NCBI GenBank assembly: GCA_020353195.1
Contig: CP070691.1
Location: forward strand, 1,457,212-1,521,211
From: Phycisphaerales bacterium
Lineage (GTDB): Bacteria > Planctomycetota > Phycisphaerae > UBA1845
Length of the DNA stretch: 64,000 bases
Direction of reading: 5' to 3'
Shown piece after piece: positions 1-9,910 of this stretch; the stretch's first letter is position 1; each line of letters opens with the position of its first letter. The notes beneath the pieces are model-generated. The model saw nothing but the letters and a program-made list of their open reading frames with translations, ran no database searches and was not told where the DNA came from. The translations under genes were made by a program, and so were the position numbers.

Positions 1-231
1 GTTCCGTGTGTCACGTTGCGCGAGAGCACGGAGCGCCCCGTGACGATTACTCATGGCACCAATCGTCTGGCCCGGCTGGAAACGACCGCTATCCTCGAGG
101 CCTATGTGGATCGGAGGACGTATCGGCCCGACCCGGCGCGGAAGCCGGAGCTGTGGGATGGGCACGCGGCCGAGCGGATAGCCGCCGTGTTTCAGCAGAC
201 CGGTCTTCGGCGTGGCGCCGTGGGGCGGTGA
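1..231 (+). CDS. wecB: UDP-N-acetylglucosamine 2-epimerase family (WecB/WbpI-like), 3' fragment entering from upstream of the window
   Basis: Frame 1 is open from base 1 to TGA 229-231. It translates VPCVTLRESTERPVTITHGTNRLARLE...WDGHAAERIAAVF, which matches the conserved C-terminal TLRxxTERPxT..GTNxL block of non-hydrolysing 2-epimerases. The ORF track shows only the internal piece 16..231. Confidence 0.7.
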   Translation, partial: VPCVTLRESTERPVTITHGTNRLARLETTAILEAYVDRRTYRPDPARKPELWDGHAAERIAAVFQQTGLRRGAVGR

Positions 232-387
232 AGGCCTGTGCCAACGACCAGACATTGCACCGGCAGCCTAACGGGCAGTCTGCTGTCGCCTCGGTGAGGC
301 TCCGGGCTGGAAGTCCGCGCTGCGGGCGAAGGTTCCGGTTCCCGGACAAGTGCCAAGACCGAATTGCTTTGTGGAGTAGATGGAATC

Positions 388-1398
388 ATGCAGCGTTTGC
401 TCAAGGCTGGAGTGATCGGCGTCGGAAACTGGGGACGAAACGTGCTGCGCTGCTTCGCGCAGTCGCAGCGTTGCTCGGTGGAATGGGTGTGCGACCTGGA
501 CGAGAAGATGCTTGCCAAGCAGGCACCGACCGTTCCGCGGGCGACGGCAACCATGAAGGTGGAGGATGTGCTGGATAGCGACTGCGATGCGGTCGTCATT
601 GCCACGGCGGCCGTTACGCACAGTGAGCTCGCACGACGAGCGCTGGAGGCGGGGAAGCACGTCTACGTGGAGAAGCCGTTGTGCCTTTCGGCCCGTGATG
701 CCGAGCAGCTGCTGGACCTGGCGAACGCGCGCCAACGAAAGCTGATGGTGGGGCACCTGCTTCTGTACCACCCTTGCGTGGAACGGCTCGCGGAGATGAT
801 CCGTCGCGAAGAGCTGGGTGCGGTGTACTACATGTACACACAGCGGGTGAACCTCGGTGTCGTACGACAGGACGAGAATGCGTGGTGGTCGCTTGCGCCG
901 CATGACATCTCGGTAGTGTGTCATCTGTTCGGCAGTCAGCCGGTTGCGGTCAGTGCGTCAGGCCAATGTTATCTGCAGAAGGGCATCGAAGATGTGGTGT
1001 TCGCGATGCTCCGGTTCGCGGATGGACGCATCGCACACGTTCACGTGAGCTGGCTTGACCCGCACAAGATCCGGAAAATGACCGTTGTGGGGTCCGAGCG
1101 GATGGTGACGTTCGACGATATGGAAGCATCGGAGAAGATCCGGGTCTACGACAAAGGCGCCGAGGTCAAGGCCGGCTACGAGAGCTTCGCGCAGTCCGTG
1201 GCGATTCGATCGGGCGACATCACGATCCCGCGCGTGAATTCGGCGGAGCCTCTGCGGATCGAGGCACAGCACTTCGTCGACTGCGTGTTGGACAACAAGC
1301 CGATCCGTACGGATGGAGCGGACGGTGTGCGAGTGGTGCGCACGCTGGAAGCGGGCGCGGAGTCGCTTCGCCGGGGTGGTGAGGTGGTGAGCATCTGA
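388..1398 (+). CDS. Gfo/Idh/MocA NAD-dependent sugar-nucleotide dehydrogenase (WbpB-like candidate)
   Basis: Track ORF 364..1398. It has a Rossmann start AGVIGVGNWGRN and the GKHVYVEKPLCLS (EKP) motif. ATG 388 is preferred over TTG 364 because the dinucleotide fold begins right after it. The gene sits directly upstream of an LbH acetyltransferase and a DegT aminotransferase. Confidence 0.8.
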   Translation: MQRLLKAGVIGVGNWGRNVLRCFAQSQRCSVEWVCDLDEKMLAKQAPTVPRATATMKVEDVLDSDCDAVVIATAAVTHSELARRALEAGKHVYVEKPLCLSARDAEQLLDLANARQRKLMVGHLLLYHPCVERLAEMIRREELGAVYYMYTQRVNLGVVRQDENAWWSLAPHDISVVCHLFGSQPVAVSASGQCYLQKGIEDVVFAMLRFADGRIAHVHVSWLDPHKIRKMTVVGSERMVTFDDMEASEKIRVYDKGAEVKAGYESFAQSVAIRSGDITIPRVNSAEPLRIEAQHFVDCVLDNKPIRTDGADGVRVVRTLEAGAESLRRGGEVVSI

Positions 1399-1410
1399 GG
1401 AGACCGGATC

Positions 1411-1995
1411 ATGGGCGAGGATGTATTTGTTCATCCCACGGCCGTCGTGGATGACGGAGCGATCATCGGCGCGGGGACGAAGATCTGGCATTTCTGTCAT
1501 GTGATGAAGGGGGCGGTGATCGGTGAGGGCTGTTCGCTGGGGCAGAATGTGTTTGTGGCGCCGCGGACTCGGCTCGGTCGGAATGTGAAGGTCCAGAACA
1601 ACGTGTCGATCTACGAGCTCGTCGAGTGCGAGGACGACGTGTTCCTGGGGCCAAGCATGGTCTTCACGAACGTGATAAACCCGCGAAGTCATATATCCCG
1701 CAAGCACGAATACATGACGACTCTGGTCCGTCGTGGCGCGACGATCGGGGCCAACGCGACAGTGGTCTGCGGTATCACGCTCGGAGAGTATTGTTTCATC
1801 GGCGCAGGGGCCGTGGTTCGGGCCGACGTGCCGGCGTACGCCCTGGTGGTGGGTGTTCCCGGACGAGTGATCGGTTGGATGAGCGCGCACGGAGAGCGGC
1901 TGGATTTTGGCACGGGAAACGAGGCCGTCTGCCCCGGGTCGGGCGAGCGCTACCGGCGCGTGGGGAACGGCCGTATCGAAATGGTGACAACATGA
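1411..1995 (+). CDS. Hexapeptide-repeat (left-handed beta-helix) N-acetyltransferase, WbpD-like
   Basis: 194 aa with consecutive hexapeptide repeats ([33 protein letters not shown]...). Its stop overlaps the next start (ATGA at 1992-1995). Confidence 0.85.
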   Translation: MGEDVFVHPTAVVDDGAIIGAGTKIWHFCHVMKGAVIGEGCSLGQNVFVAPRTRLGRNVKVQNNVSIYELVECEDDVFLGPSMVFTNVINPRSHISRKHEYMTTLVRRGATIGANATVVCGITLGEYCFIGAGAVVRADVPAYALVVGVPGRVIGWMSAHGERLDFGTGNEAVCPGSGERYRRVGNGRIEMVTT

Positions 1996-3089
1996 AAGTA
2001 CCCCTTCTGGACCTGAAGGCGCAGTTTGTGACGATCGAGCCGGAGGTTCGTGCGGCCATCGATCGCGTGTTCGAAACGCAGCGGTTCATCATGGGCCCGG
2101 AAGTCAGCGGCCTCGAGGAGGAAGTGGCCGCGCTCTCCGCATGCGCGCACGGGATCGGTGTCAGTAGCGGTACGGACGCGCTGCTCTGCGCACTGATGGC
2201 CGCGGGCGTCGGCGCTGGCGATGAGGTCATCGTTCCGACGTTCACTTTCTTTTCGACGGCCGGCTCGGTCAGCCGGCTCGGGGCCCGCCCCGTATTCGCA
2301 GATATCGAGCGCGACACGTACAACGTGGACATCGCAAAGGTTGCGGATCTCATGACGGAGAGGACCCGGGCGATCATCCCGGTGCACCTGTTCGGCCAAT
2401 GTACGGACATGGACCCGCTCATGGAGCTGGTCGCCGGGAAGAACATCACGGTAATCGAGGATGCCGCGCAGTCCATCGGCGCGAAGTACAAGGGACGGCC
2501 TGCCGGTAGCCTTGGCCACCTCGGGTGTTTTTCCTTCTTCCCGAGCAAGAACCTGGGCGCGTTCGGAGACGGCGGCATGATCGTCACGAACGATGCCGCA
2601 TTGGCCGAGCGATGCGCGGTGCTCCGTCAACACGGCTCGAAGCCGAAATACTATCACAAATTCGTCGGCGCGAACTTCAGGCTCGATGCGATTCAGGCGG
2701 CGATCCTGCGGGTCAAGCTCAAGCATTTGCCCGGGTGGAGCGAGCAGCGCCGTCGCAACGCTGACCGATACAACAAGCTGTTGGCCGACGCGCCCGTCAC
2801 GCTACCGACGGTCCGGGATTACAACGAGATGATCTACAATCAGTACGTCATCTCCCATGCCCGTCGTGATGCGCTTCAGGCTCATCTCAAGGAGAAGGAG
2901 ATCGGCACCGAGATCTACTACCCGCTGCCACTGCATCTACAGGAATGCTTCAGTGATCTCGGGTACACGACCGGGACCCTCCCGGTCTCGGAGGAGGCCG
3001 CGAAGCGCGTTCTGGCCCTTCCTGTCTACCCCGAGTTGACGGACGAAGCACAGACTTACGTGGCTGATTGCATCCGGAGTTTCATGTAA
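1992..3089 (+). CDS. DegT/DnrJ/EryC1/StrS PLP-dependent sugar aminotransferase (WbpE-like)
   Basis: In-frame ATG 1992 lies inside track ORF 1626..3089. The protein starts [12 protein letters not shown] and contains GVSSGTDAL and the PLP-lysine motif [16 protein letters not shown]. The 122 upstream codons are Arg/Gly-rich and overlap the previous gene. Confidence 0.9.
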   Translation: MKVPLLDLKAQFVTIEPEVRAAIDRVFETQRFIMGPEVSGLEEEVAALSACAHGIGVSSGTDALLCALMAAGVGAGDEVIVPTFTFFSTAGSVSRLGARPVFADIERDTYNVDIAKVADLMTERTRAIIPVHLFGQCTDMDPLMELVAGKNITVIEDAAQSIGAKYKGRPAGSLGHLGCFSFFPSKNLGAFGDGGMIVTNDAALAERCAVLRQHGSKPKYYHKFVGANFRLDAIQAAILRVKLKHLPGWSEQRRRNADRYNKLLADAPVTLPTVRDYNEMIYNQYVISHARRDALQAHLKEKEIGTEIYYPLPLHLQECFSDLGYTTGTLPVSEEAAKRVLALPVYPELTDEAQTYVADCIRSFM

Positions 3090-3111
3090 GCATTGCCGCT
3101 GCGAACCGTGT

Positions 3112-4647
3112 ATGCGTCAATCCTATCGGCTGATCTACAACGCGATCGTCGGCTGGGTATCTCGCCTTGTCGAATCCGGCATCTCCTTCCTGCTTCTGCC
3201 TTTTCTTGTGCACCGGCTGGGCACGGCCGGGTACGGAGTCTTCGCGCTGGCGCTCTCGGTCTCGGCTGCGCTCGACTTCGTGCGTGTCGGCGTTGCGGCA
3301 GCGCTCACCAAGTATGTATCCAACTATGACGCACAGGGACGGCACGACGACATTAACAGGGTCATCGGGACGACTTGCGCCTTTGGCATAGCTGTTGGCT
3401 CGATCGGCGGGGCAAGTGTCATAGGGTTAAGCGGGGTTCTGGCGGACGCATTCAATGTCGCCGTCGCTGAGCGCGCCGAGTTCGAGCTGGCGGTGAAGCT
3501 CATGGGCGTCTTGATTGCCGTCAGCTTCCCTATGATGCCCTACCTGGGCTTGTTGCTCGGTTTCCAACGATACGACTTGATGCGCATCAGCCAGACGATC
3601 GTTCGGGCGCTTCGAGCTGGCCTGATGGTCGCGTGGTTCCTGTTATGTTATCCATCCGTTACGGCCCTAGCGATCATCACGCTCATATTTGGCGCAGGGC
3701 TTCATTCTGTCTGGCTCGCGATTGCACACCGCAAATGGCCGTGGCTGCGCGGCTCGCCCCGCCAGTTTCGTTGGGTGACCTTCAGATTGCTGTTGGGCTT
3801 CAGCACGATGATGATCCTGATACAACTGACCACGCTCATGACCTACCACGCTACGTTATGGATCGCCGCAGCCATGATTTCAGTGGATTTCGTGACCCAT
3901 GTCACCGTCATGATCACGCCCGTTGCGTTCCTCGTCCTCCTCATACACGACGTGACCATGACCGTCATGCCCGCTGCAAGCAAGTATCAGGCCCTGGGTG
4001 ATCGCAGCGCCCTGGCCGATCTGCTGATACGTGGCACGCGCTACAGCTTCCTGATATCGGCAGCACTGGTCGTTATGTTTGTGCCCATCATGGGCCCTTT
4101 GCTGCGGCTGTGGATGGGCCCTGATTTTGAAATCCTGGCACAACCGATGACACTTGTTGTCATATGCGCTGGACTCAGTGCGTCGGAGCTTTGCGCTCAC
4201 AATATTCTTAAAGGCCTGGGGAAAGCGGGGCCAATCCTGTGGCGTGGAATTGCATCGTCCGTCATTGGCCTTGCGATCACGGCAGTGGCAATCAAATGGT
4301 ACGGGGCAACGTCCTGGGCGATAAGCTTGGGCATCGCAACCCGATGTGTCATCTCGGCGCTCCTGCACAATTGGATGTGCATCGCGGCAATCAGAGCGCC
4401 GGTGTGTCGCTTCGTATGGCGTTCTTACGCCCAGCCCGCGATTGTTCTGGCACCCATACTGGCCGCGGGCTGGCTCGCGGGACGAGAACTGGATCTGTAC
4501 GGTTTGGCTACGATGGGTCTCGCTGGAGTGGGCGCGGTTTTGCTTTTCGGTCTCGTGTTCGCCGCGCTCTTTCTCTCCTCCGACGAGTATGACCTCATTC
4601 GTGGCATTTGGCACTCCGCAAGAAGCAGGCTCTCGCAGCAGTCGTGA
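3112..4647 (+). CDS. Wzx-type polysaccharide flippase (MOP superfamily) polytopic membrane protein
   Basis: 511 aa, hydrophobic along its whole length with many TM-like segments. Its position in the glycan locus next to a Wzy-like gene supports the call. Confidence 0.7.
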   Translation: MRQSYRLIYNAIVGWVSRLVESGISFLLLPFLVHRLGTAGYGVFALALSVSAALDFVRVGVAAALTKYVSNYDAQGRHDDINRVIGTTCAFGIAVGSIGGASVIGLSGVLADAFNVAVAERAEFELAVKLMGVLIAVSFPMMPYLGLLLGFQRYDLMRISQTIVRALRAGLMVAWFLLCYPSVTALAIITLIFGAGLHSVWLAIAHRKWPWLRGSPRQFRWVTFRLLLGFSTMMILIQLTTLMTYHATLWIAAAMISVDFVTHVTVMITPVAFLVLLIHDVTMTVMPAASKYQALGDRSALADLLIRGTRYSFLISAALVVMFVPIMGPLLRLWMGPDFEILAQPMTLVVICAGLSASELCAHNILKGLGKAGPILWRGIASSVIGLAITAVAIKWYGATSWAISLGIATRCVISALLHNWMCIAAIRAPVCRFVWRSYAQPAIVLAPILAAGWLAGRELDLYGLATMGLAGVGAVLLFGLVFAALFLSSDEYDLIRGIWHSARSRLSQQS

Positions 4648-4821
4648 GACCGTTGCCGCGACCGTCTGTCCGTCTCTGTCGGCTTCGTTCGACCTGGGGC
4701 CCCGACGCCAGGAAATACCAGAAGGCAGCAGAAGGTTGCCCGCACGGAACGCCTAACCATTGATTGTTTTTGTGTGTTAGGGCACTGACTGGCCTCCGAG
4801 TCTACCTTTGCCTTCGCGTCG

Positions 4822-4849
4822 GTGTGAGCAGACAGGTTCATGCTCACAC
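4822..4849 (+). other. Perfect 9-bp inverted repeat (hairpin) between wzx and the asnB-like gene
   Basis: GTGTGAGCA (4822-4830) and TGCTCACAC (4841-4849) flank a 10-nt loop. A T-rich stretch TTGATTGTTTTTGTGTGTT precedes it. The hairpin buries ATG 4840. Confidence 0.35.
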
Positions 4850-4872
4850 GATCCACTGATCGGAAAACGGCA

Positions 4873-6729
4873 ATGCCAGGGCTGAGTCTCATCTGTGACG
4901 TCAAGAACGAAGTGCAACGCCAGGACTCCCAGGTGACCACCTGCTTCGCCTCTCTCCTTCACACCGACGACTACCGGCATGAGACGCTGCGTCGGGCTCG
5001 ATCGTTTCTCCTCGGCTGCACCAAGTACGAACACTATCCGACACGCTCTTTCGAAAGCGACGACCGATACGTATTCCTCGAAGGGCGCATTTATGGTATC
5101 AGTGAAGCTGAAACAGAGAAACAACTCTTCAATGTTGCGGAGTTGTTGTTCTCCCGACACTTCGAAAAGGAACCGATTGTCGAGTGGCAACATCAGTGTG
5201 ATGGAGAGTTCGTTCTTTTCGTCCTTGATAAGAGCAGCGAGGAGATCTGTGTACTGAACGATGCGTTGGCGCACCTCCCCGTATACTACTCGACCTTCAA
5301 TACCCGGCTTCTTCTGTCGAGAGAGATACGTTTCGTCACGAATCTGCTCGGTCGCCCCGATCTCGAGAGAATGTCACTCGCCCAGTATCTTGTCTTCGGC
5401 TACCCTCTGGAAGAAAGAACTCTGTGGAGGAATGTCTTTCGACTGAGACCGCTTTCCCTGGTGAGGGCGGGTCCCCGCAGCGAGACGATAACGATCGAAA
5501 CGCTTGCCACCCTCGATTTCGGGCACAAGGAACACGAAAACGCGCAGCTGCAGGACAACGTTCGGCGGTTGTTGTCCACACACGGTCAGGCCTGCAGCAA
5601 CCGGAGTCGAGACGGAGAAGCCTGCCAGAATGTCATCAGTCTGAGCGGAGGGCTCGATTCGAGAATCGTCGCCGGCTCGTTGCAGCGAGCAAAGATCCCC
5701 TTCACTGGCGCGACGTTCCTCGACTCCTGTAAGCGCGCGTCCCGCGACGCCGACTTGGCGAGACGCCTTGCCGAACGCCTCGACATTCAATGGCAGCTGT
5801 TCGAGCTTGCTCCTCCGAAAGGTCGACATGCCTTGATGTTGTTGAGATCGAAAGGCGGAATGAACTACCTTGCCATGAGCTTCCTTCTGCCGTTTCTTGC
5901 CCAGCTTCGTACGGCGTACGGACCCGGCATTGACCTGTTCACCGGTGATACCGGATTGGGCTTGCGCGGTCCTGATGTCTCTCTCAAGCTCCGAAATCTG
6001 GATGACGCACTGCGCTATGTTTTTGCGAAGCACGCCCGGTGTTCACTCGGCGACACTGCCAGACTTCTGAATCTAAGAAAGCGGGACATCGTTGACGAGG
6101 TGGCAGCGCGTGTGGCGAGTTATCCCGAAGCTCAATGGACCAGCAAGTACGAGCACTTCGTCCTGTCCGGACGAGGAGCGAGCTGGCACTACGAGGGAAT
6201 GGACCGAAACCGGATCTTCTTCTGGCTGTGCGCACCTCTCGAAGCAACGCCTGTCGTGCTCGAGGCCGTGAACATACCCGACGTCCAGAAGGTGAATCAC
6301 CGACTGCGCCGCGCGCTTGTACGGAGCCTGCCGCCAGAGGCGTGCCCGATCGAGGAGGCGGATACCAGCGCTCACTTGGCCGACGTCAGGTCAGGCATGA
6401 GGCAAACCATCAAGACGCGTCTAGCCGACGTCCTCTACCGTTACCCGTGGCTTACATCGCGAATCAGAGGGGCACGTCGAGGCGGAGCGCGCTACGGCGC
6501 CTCGTCAACCGTGGTACAATGCATTCGGAAGCAGCTGGCAGGGTGCCCCTCAATTGGCGACTACTTCTCCGTGCGCGCCCTGGACAGGTACATGATGAAC
6601 GGCAACAGGTGCGGCAGAATCCAGATGGATATTCTTTTCACCATCACCTCGGTGATCGAGGACTGTACCGGTGACGCCAGCAGCCTGGAGGAATACATGG
6701 ATGCGGGGCTGGAGAATGATAGCGAGTGA
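4873..6729 (+). CDS. Asparagine synthetase B-like PP-loop adenylating enzyme with atypical N-terminal domain
   Basis: Track ORF 4840..6729. It carries the PP-loop ISLSGGLDSRIVAG. The N-terminal domain lacks the Met-Cys start of glutamine-hydrolysing AsnB. ATG 4873 is preferred because ATG 4840 lies inside the hairpin. Confidence 0.7.
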   Translation: MPGLSLICDVKNEVQRQDSQVTTCFASLLHTDDYRHETLRRARSFLLGCTKYEHYPTRSFESDDRYVFLEGRIYGISEAETEKQLFNVAELLFSRHFEKEPIVEWQHQCDGEFVLFVLDKSSEEICVLNDALAHLPVYYSTFNTRLLLSREIRFVTNLLGRPDLERMSLAQYLVFGYPLEERTLWRNVFRLRPLSLVRAGPRSETITIETLATLDFGHKEHENAQLQDNVRRLLSTHGQACSNRSRDGEACQNVISLSGGLDSRIVAGSLQRAKIPFTGATFLDSCKRASRDADLARRLAERLDIQWQLFELAPPKGRHALMLLRSKGGMNYLAMSFLLPFLAQLRTAYGPGIDLFTGDTGLGLRGPDVSLKLRNLDDALRYVFAKHARCSLGDTARLLNLRKRDIVDEVAARVASYPEAQWTSKYEHFVLSGRGASWHYEGMDRNRIFFWLCAPLEATPVVLEAVNIPDVQKVNHRLRRALVRSLPPEACPIEEADTSAHLADVRSGMRQTIKTRLADVLYRYPWLTSRIRGARRGGARYGASSTVVQCIRKQLAGCPSIGDYFSVRALDRYMMNGNRCGRIQMDILFTITSVIEDCTGDASSLEEYMDAGLENDSE

Positions 6730-6960
6730 GGCAGGAAGGGGGGCAGGGCAGGCCGAGTTCAGTACTGCGATGGGGAGCCGGTTTCGTGGAAAAGGAGTAG
6801 AATCCGGTGGTGCGAGGAGACCTATTCGGATCGCGCCATCGTGCCGAAGTGCACGGGGGGGTGGGCGGCTTCGTAAGAAGGGTCCCGGTGGGAGGTTGAG
6901 CCTCAAGCCGGGGCAAGGATGAGGAGAAGACGGGAGCGGTTGTGAGCCTCCCGACCTTCG

Positions 6961-8454
6961 ATGACCTTCGGCGATCACAGGATGACAAGAGGATCACACC
7001 AGTTTGATGTCTGGCCGGCCCCCGGTCCTTTGAAGGCCCAGCCTCAGCCTCAGAGCCGAGCGCTCTGGGGTACGTTCATCGTGGCATGGGCAACCTCCTG
7101 CTTGGTCGGTGTCGCCGCAGCGGCCTGGTACGAGCAGGCCGTTCTTGGCCTCATGATCGCGACGCCACTGACGCTGGTCGGCGTGGTGCTCAGCCCTACT
7201 TTCGCTCTCTGCTGCATCGCGCTGATGCTGCCGCTGGGCGGATCCTTGGTATACGAAGGTACCATCAGCAGCGACCGGGTTGTTGGCGCGGTGGCGGCTC
7301 TGGGGATTCTGGCGAATCACTTGGCTACGGGCAAGGGGATACGGATCGGGGGCTCGCCGCTCATACCGTTGTTTCTCATCGTTGTCTGGTCGCTTCTCGC
7401 GGTGTTGTGGGCGGCCTATCCCATGGTAGCGGTCGCGGGCGCGTTCACCCTGGTGCAACTCGCCATCTGGGGGCTTGCTGTTTGGAACGCGCTCGCCTAC
7501 GGACGGCATGCTATCTGGCCTTTGCGATGCTATGCAGGCGGCACGCTCGTCATCGCTGGGCATATGTTCTGGACCGGATCCATCTATCGCATGGCCCGCT
7601 CTGCGGAGCGTGTCACCGTCGAGGTCACGGCAGCGATCAACCCCGCCGATTTCGCCGTGCTCCTCGGGGTCGCGTTCTTCGTGACCGTGTATCTCATCCT
7701 GCGAGATCCGACGAAGTGGTTACGACCTGTGTGGGCGCTGGGGGCGCTCATCTTTCCCGCGATCATGATCCAGACCGGTTCCCGTGGTCCCCTGCTCGCG
7801 CTTGGTGCGGCCATCTTCATATCCCTGTTTACGGCCGCCTCGGGATTTCGGAAATCGAAGGCGATGCTCATTGGTGTAGCTGCAATGCTGGTCCTCGCGG
7901 CCGGAGGCGCGTACTGGAGCATGCACGGTGGGTTTATCAGTGAGAAGTCCATGGAACGGCTGACGAGTTCGGGGGAGAAGGAACGTGCGGCCAGTTTCCG
8001 TCTCTACCTGGCAAAAACCGGAGTAGACCATGTGCTGAGAAACCCGCTCGGTGTTGGCCTTGGCAACTACACTCTCGTTGGTGTCGAAACGACTGTTGTC
8101 CACATGGAGATCCTGTTCCTCGGCACCGAGTTGGGTATTCCCGCAATGGTTCTCTATGTGTGGTTTTTCTGGAAGCTCGGTGCGGGGTCGCTCAAGACAA
8201 AGTCTCCGGCTGAGAAATGGTTCCTGCAGACAATGGTGGTCTTCCTCATGGCGGCTGCATGTATACACGTAATATTCTTCAGAAAGGTGTTTTGGTTCTC
8301 CACCATTGCAGCGGCAGCCATCGCCTATCGATCACGGCAGGAGGAGGGCGCACAGCCGTACGCCGTGGGCCAAGCGTCGGGGCCAGGCGGACTCTCGGGG
8401 ACAAGCTGGGCGGCGGCGCAACCGGGCCTGAGCCGATGGCCGGAACGGAGGTAA
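6961..8454 (+). CDS. O-antigen polymerase/ligase family (Wzy-like) membrane protein
   Basis: 497 aa with many hydrophobic segments. It has a Wzy_C-like loop, MIQTGSRGPLLALGAAIF. Confidence 0.65.
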   Translation: MTFGDHRMTRGSHQFDVWPAPGPLKAQPQPQSRALWGTFIVAWATSCLVGVAAAAWYEQAVLGLMIATPLTLVGVVLSPTFALCCIALMLPLGGSLVYEGTISSDRVVGAVAALGILANHLATGKGIRIGGSPLIPLFLIVVWSLLAVLWAAYPMVAVAGAFTLVQLAIWGLAVWNALAYGRHAIWPLRCYAGGTLVIAGHMFWTGSIYRMARSAERVTVEVTAAINPADFAVLLGVAFFVTVYLILRDPTKWLRPVWALGALIFPAIMIQTGSRGPLLALGAAIFISLFTAASGFRKSKAMLIGVAAMLVLAAGGAYWSMHGGFISEKSMERLTSSGEKERAASFRLYLAKTGVDHVLRNPLGVGLGNYTLVGVETTVVHMEILFLGTELGIPAMVLYVWFFWKLGAGSLKTKSPAEKWFLQTMVVFLMAAACIHVIFFRKVFWFSTIAAAAIAYRSRQEEGAQPYAVGQASGPGGLSGTSWAAAQPGLSRWPERR

Positions 8455-8501
8455 CACGCGGCGGCTGAGTTTGTTCGCGAAAGACAGGACAGGGGACGAC
8501 G

Positions 8502-9734
8502 ATGCGAATACTGGCCATCGCCAATCTGTACCCGCTTTCGGTGGAGGACTTTGCCGGGCATTTCAATCATCTCTGCTTCCGCGCTTTGTGCCGGCAGGGC
8601 CATGATGTGAACGTGTTCCGGTGCCAATCTCGCTTTCCGTTCTTGCTGTCCAGACAGTGGCATCGACTCGGTCGGCAGACAGTGCAGTCGTTCTATAATC
8701 TCGAAGGTGTTCCCGTGACGTGCCCCAGATTCTGGCGCCCACCGGGGCAGTGGTGGTGCCCCTACGAAGGCCGACAGCGCTACAAGGCCATTGCCCGCGT
8801 CGCAGTTCCGATGCACCGGCGTCGGCCTTTCGACATCATCTACGGCTGCGAACTGACGCCCGATGGCGTAGCAGCAGCGTCCCTGGCCCGTGATCTGAAT
8901 CTTCCGTTGATGGTCTCCAGCATTGGCAGCGACGCGCATACGTACCCGTACATGTCACGTGCATTCATGCGTCGAACGCAGCGGGTCGTCCGCGAAGCGA
9001 ACCTTATACTGGTCGAGAGCGCAGGTGCCGTTGATGCGGTCCGCGCGCTTGTACCGGAGCAGTTACCCATCCGGGTATTCAACCGTGGCATTGATCTGGT
9101 TCCGTTCCGCCGGCCGCCGGGTCGCGAGACTGCGCGACGCCGCCTGGGCTTGCCGCTGGGGCGGCGCCTCATCGTACTCGTCAGTCTGCTGGGCAAGAAC
9201 AAGGGCGTCCAGGTGCTTGTCGATGCATTCGGTCGCCTTGAGAATCGGTTCCCTGACGTAGACCTTGTGTTTGTGGGAAGTGGTCCTCTGAGCGCTTGGC
9301 TTGCGAGACAGGTGGCCTCACTGCCCTGGGGCCACAGACTGCACGCGATTGGCCGTCGCCCGTTCAACGAGATTCCGGACGTCCTTTCCGCGTGCGATGT
9401 CTTCTGCCTGCCGAGCTTCGCCGAGGGACTTCCCAAGAGCGTGATCGAGGCCATGGCGGCGGGACTACCGGTCGTTGCCACTACCGTCGGTGGGATCCCC
9501 GAGGTCGTGCAGGCCGGTGCGAGCGGGATCCTGATCCCCGCACGTGACCCCGTTGCCCTGGAAGCTGGGCTTGCCGAGCTTCTTGGCGACCCCGACAAAG
9601 CAGCGCAGATGGGCAAGGTGGGCCGCCAAATCGCCCTCGAGCGATACGACACCGAGAAGAACTCTGCGGAGCTGGTGGTGTTCGCGCGCCAGGCCATCGC
9701 GCGAGCAGCGAAGAAACCCGGGAACTCATGCTGA
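8502..9734 (+). CDS. Glycosyltransferase family 4 (GT-B fold)
   Basis: 410 aa. The C-terminal E-x7-E region is FAEGLPKSVIEAMAAGLPVVATTVGGIPEVV. Confidence 0.85.
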   Translation: MRILAIANLYPLSVEDFAGHFNHLCFRALCRQGHDVNVFRCQSRFPFLLSRQWHRLGRQTVQSFYNLEGVPVTCPRFWRPPGQWWCPYEGRQRYKAIARVAVPMHRRRPFDIIYGCELTPDGVAAASLARDLNLPLMVSSIGSDAHTYPYMSRAFMRRTQRVVREANLILVESAGAVDAVRALVPEQLPIRVFNRGIDLVPFRRPPGRETARRRLGLPLGRRLIVLVSLLGKNKGVQVLVDAFGRLENRFPDVDLVFVGSGPLSAWLARQVASLPWGHRLHAIGRRPFNEIPDVLSACDVFCLPSFAEGLPKSVIEAMAAGLPVVATTVGGIPEVVQAGASGILIPARDPVALEAGLAELLGDPDKAAQMGKVGRQIALERYDTEKNSAELVVFARQAIARAAKKPGNSC

Positions 9735-9910
9735 CCGAGCTGCCCACCTGCGAGGCGGCCGTGGCGAGATGGTGGGGGTCCTGGCGGACGCGATCGGGGC
9801 AAGTCACCGTGCCCGAGGCTGTCCGTCAGCCTGGTGCATCGCGGAATGGTCGCGGACAACGGATGCCCGGTGCGGGTGGCGACGGGACGTAGCCCAGCGG
9901 AGACCGCGCG

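Noticed and set aside
1626-1991. N-terminal extensions of many track ORFs. Examples: 1626..3089, 11188, 20511, 23698, 27065, 29165, 34453, 36605, 37324, 39751, 42366, 53501, 54117, 58932 and 61868.
   Set aside because: The extensions overlap the preceding gene or intergenic DNA and are compositionally unlike the rest of the protein. Each precedes an internal ATG that matches the conserved family N-terminus and/or a Shine-Dalgarno sequence.
4777-5274. Minus-strand 165-aa ORF in the A/T-richer region.
   Set aside because: It is entirely antisense to the AsnB-like gene, whose PP-loop motif and length support the + strand reading.
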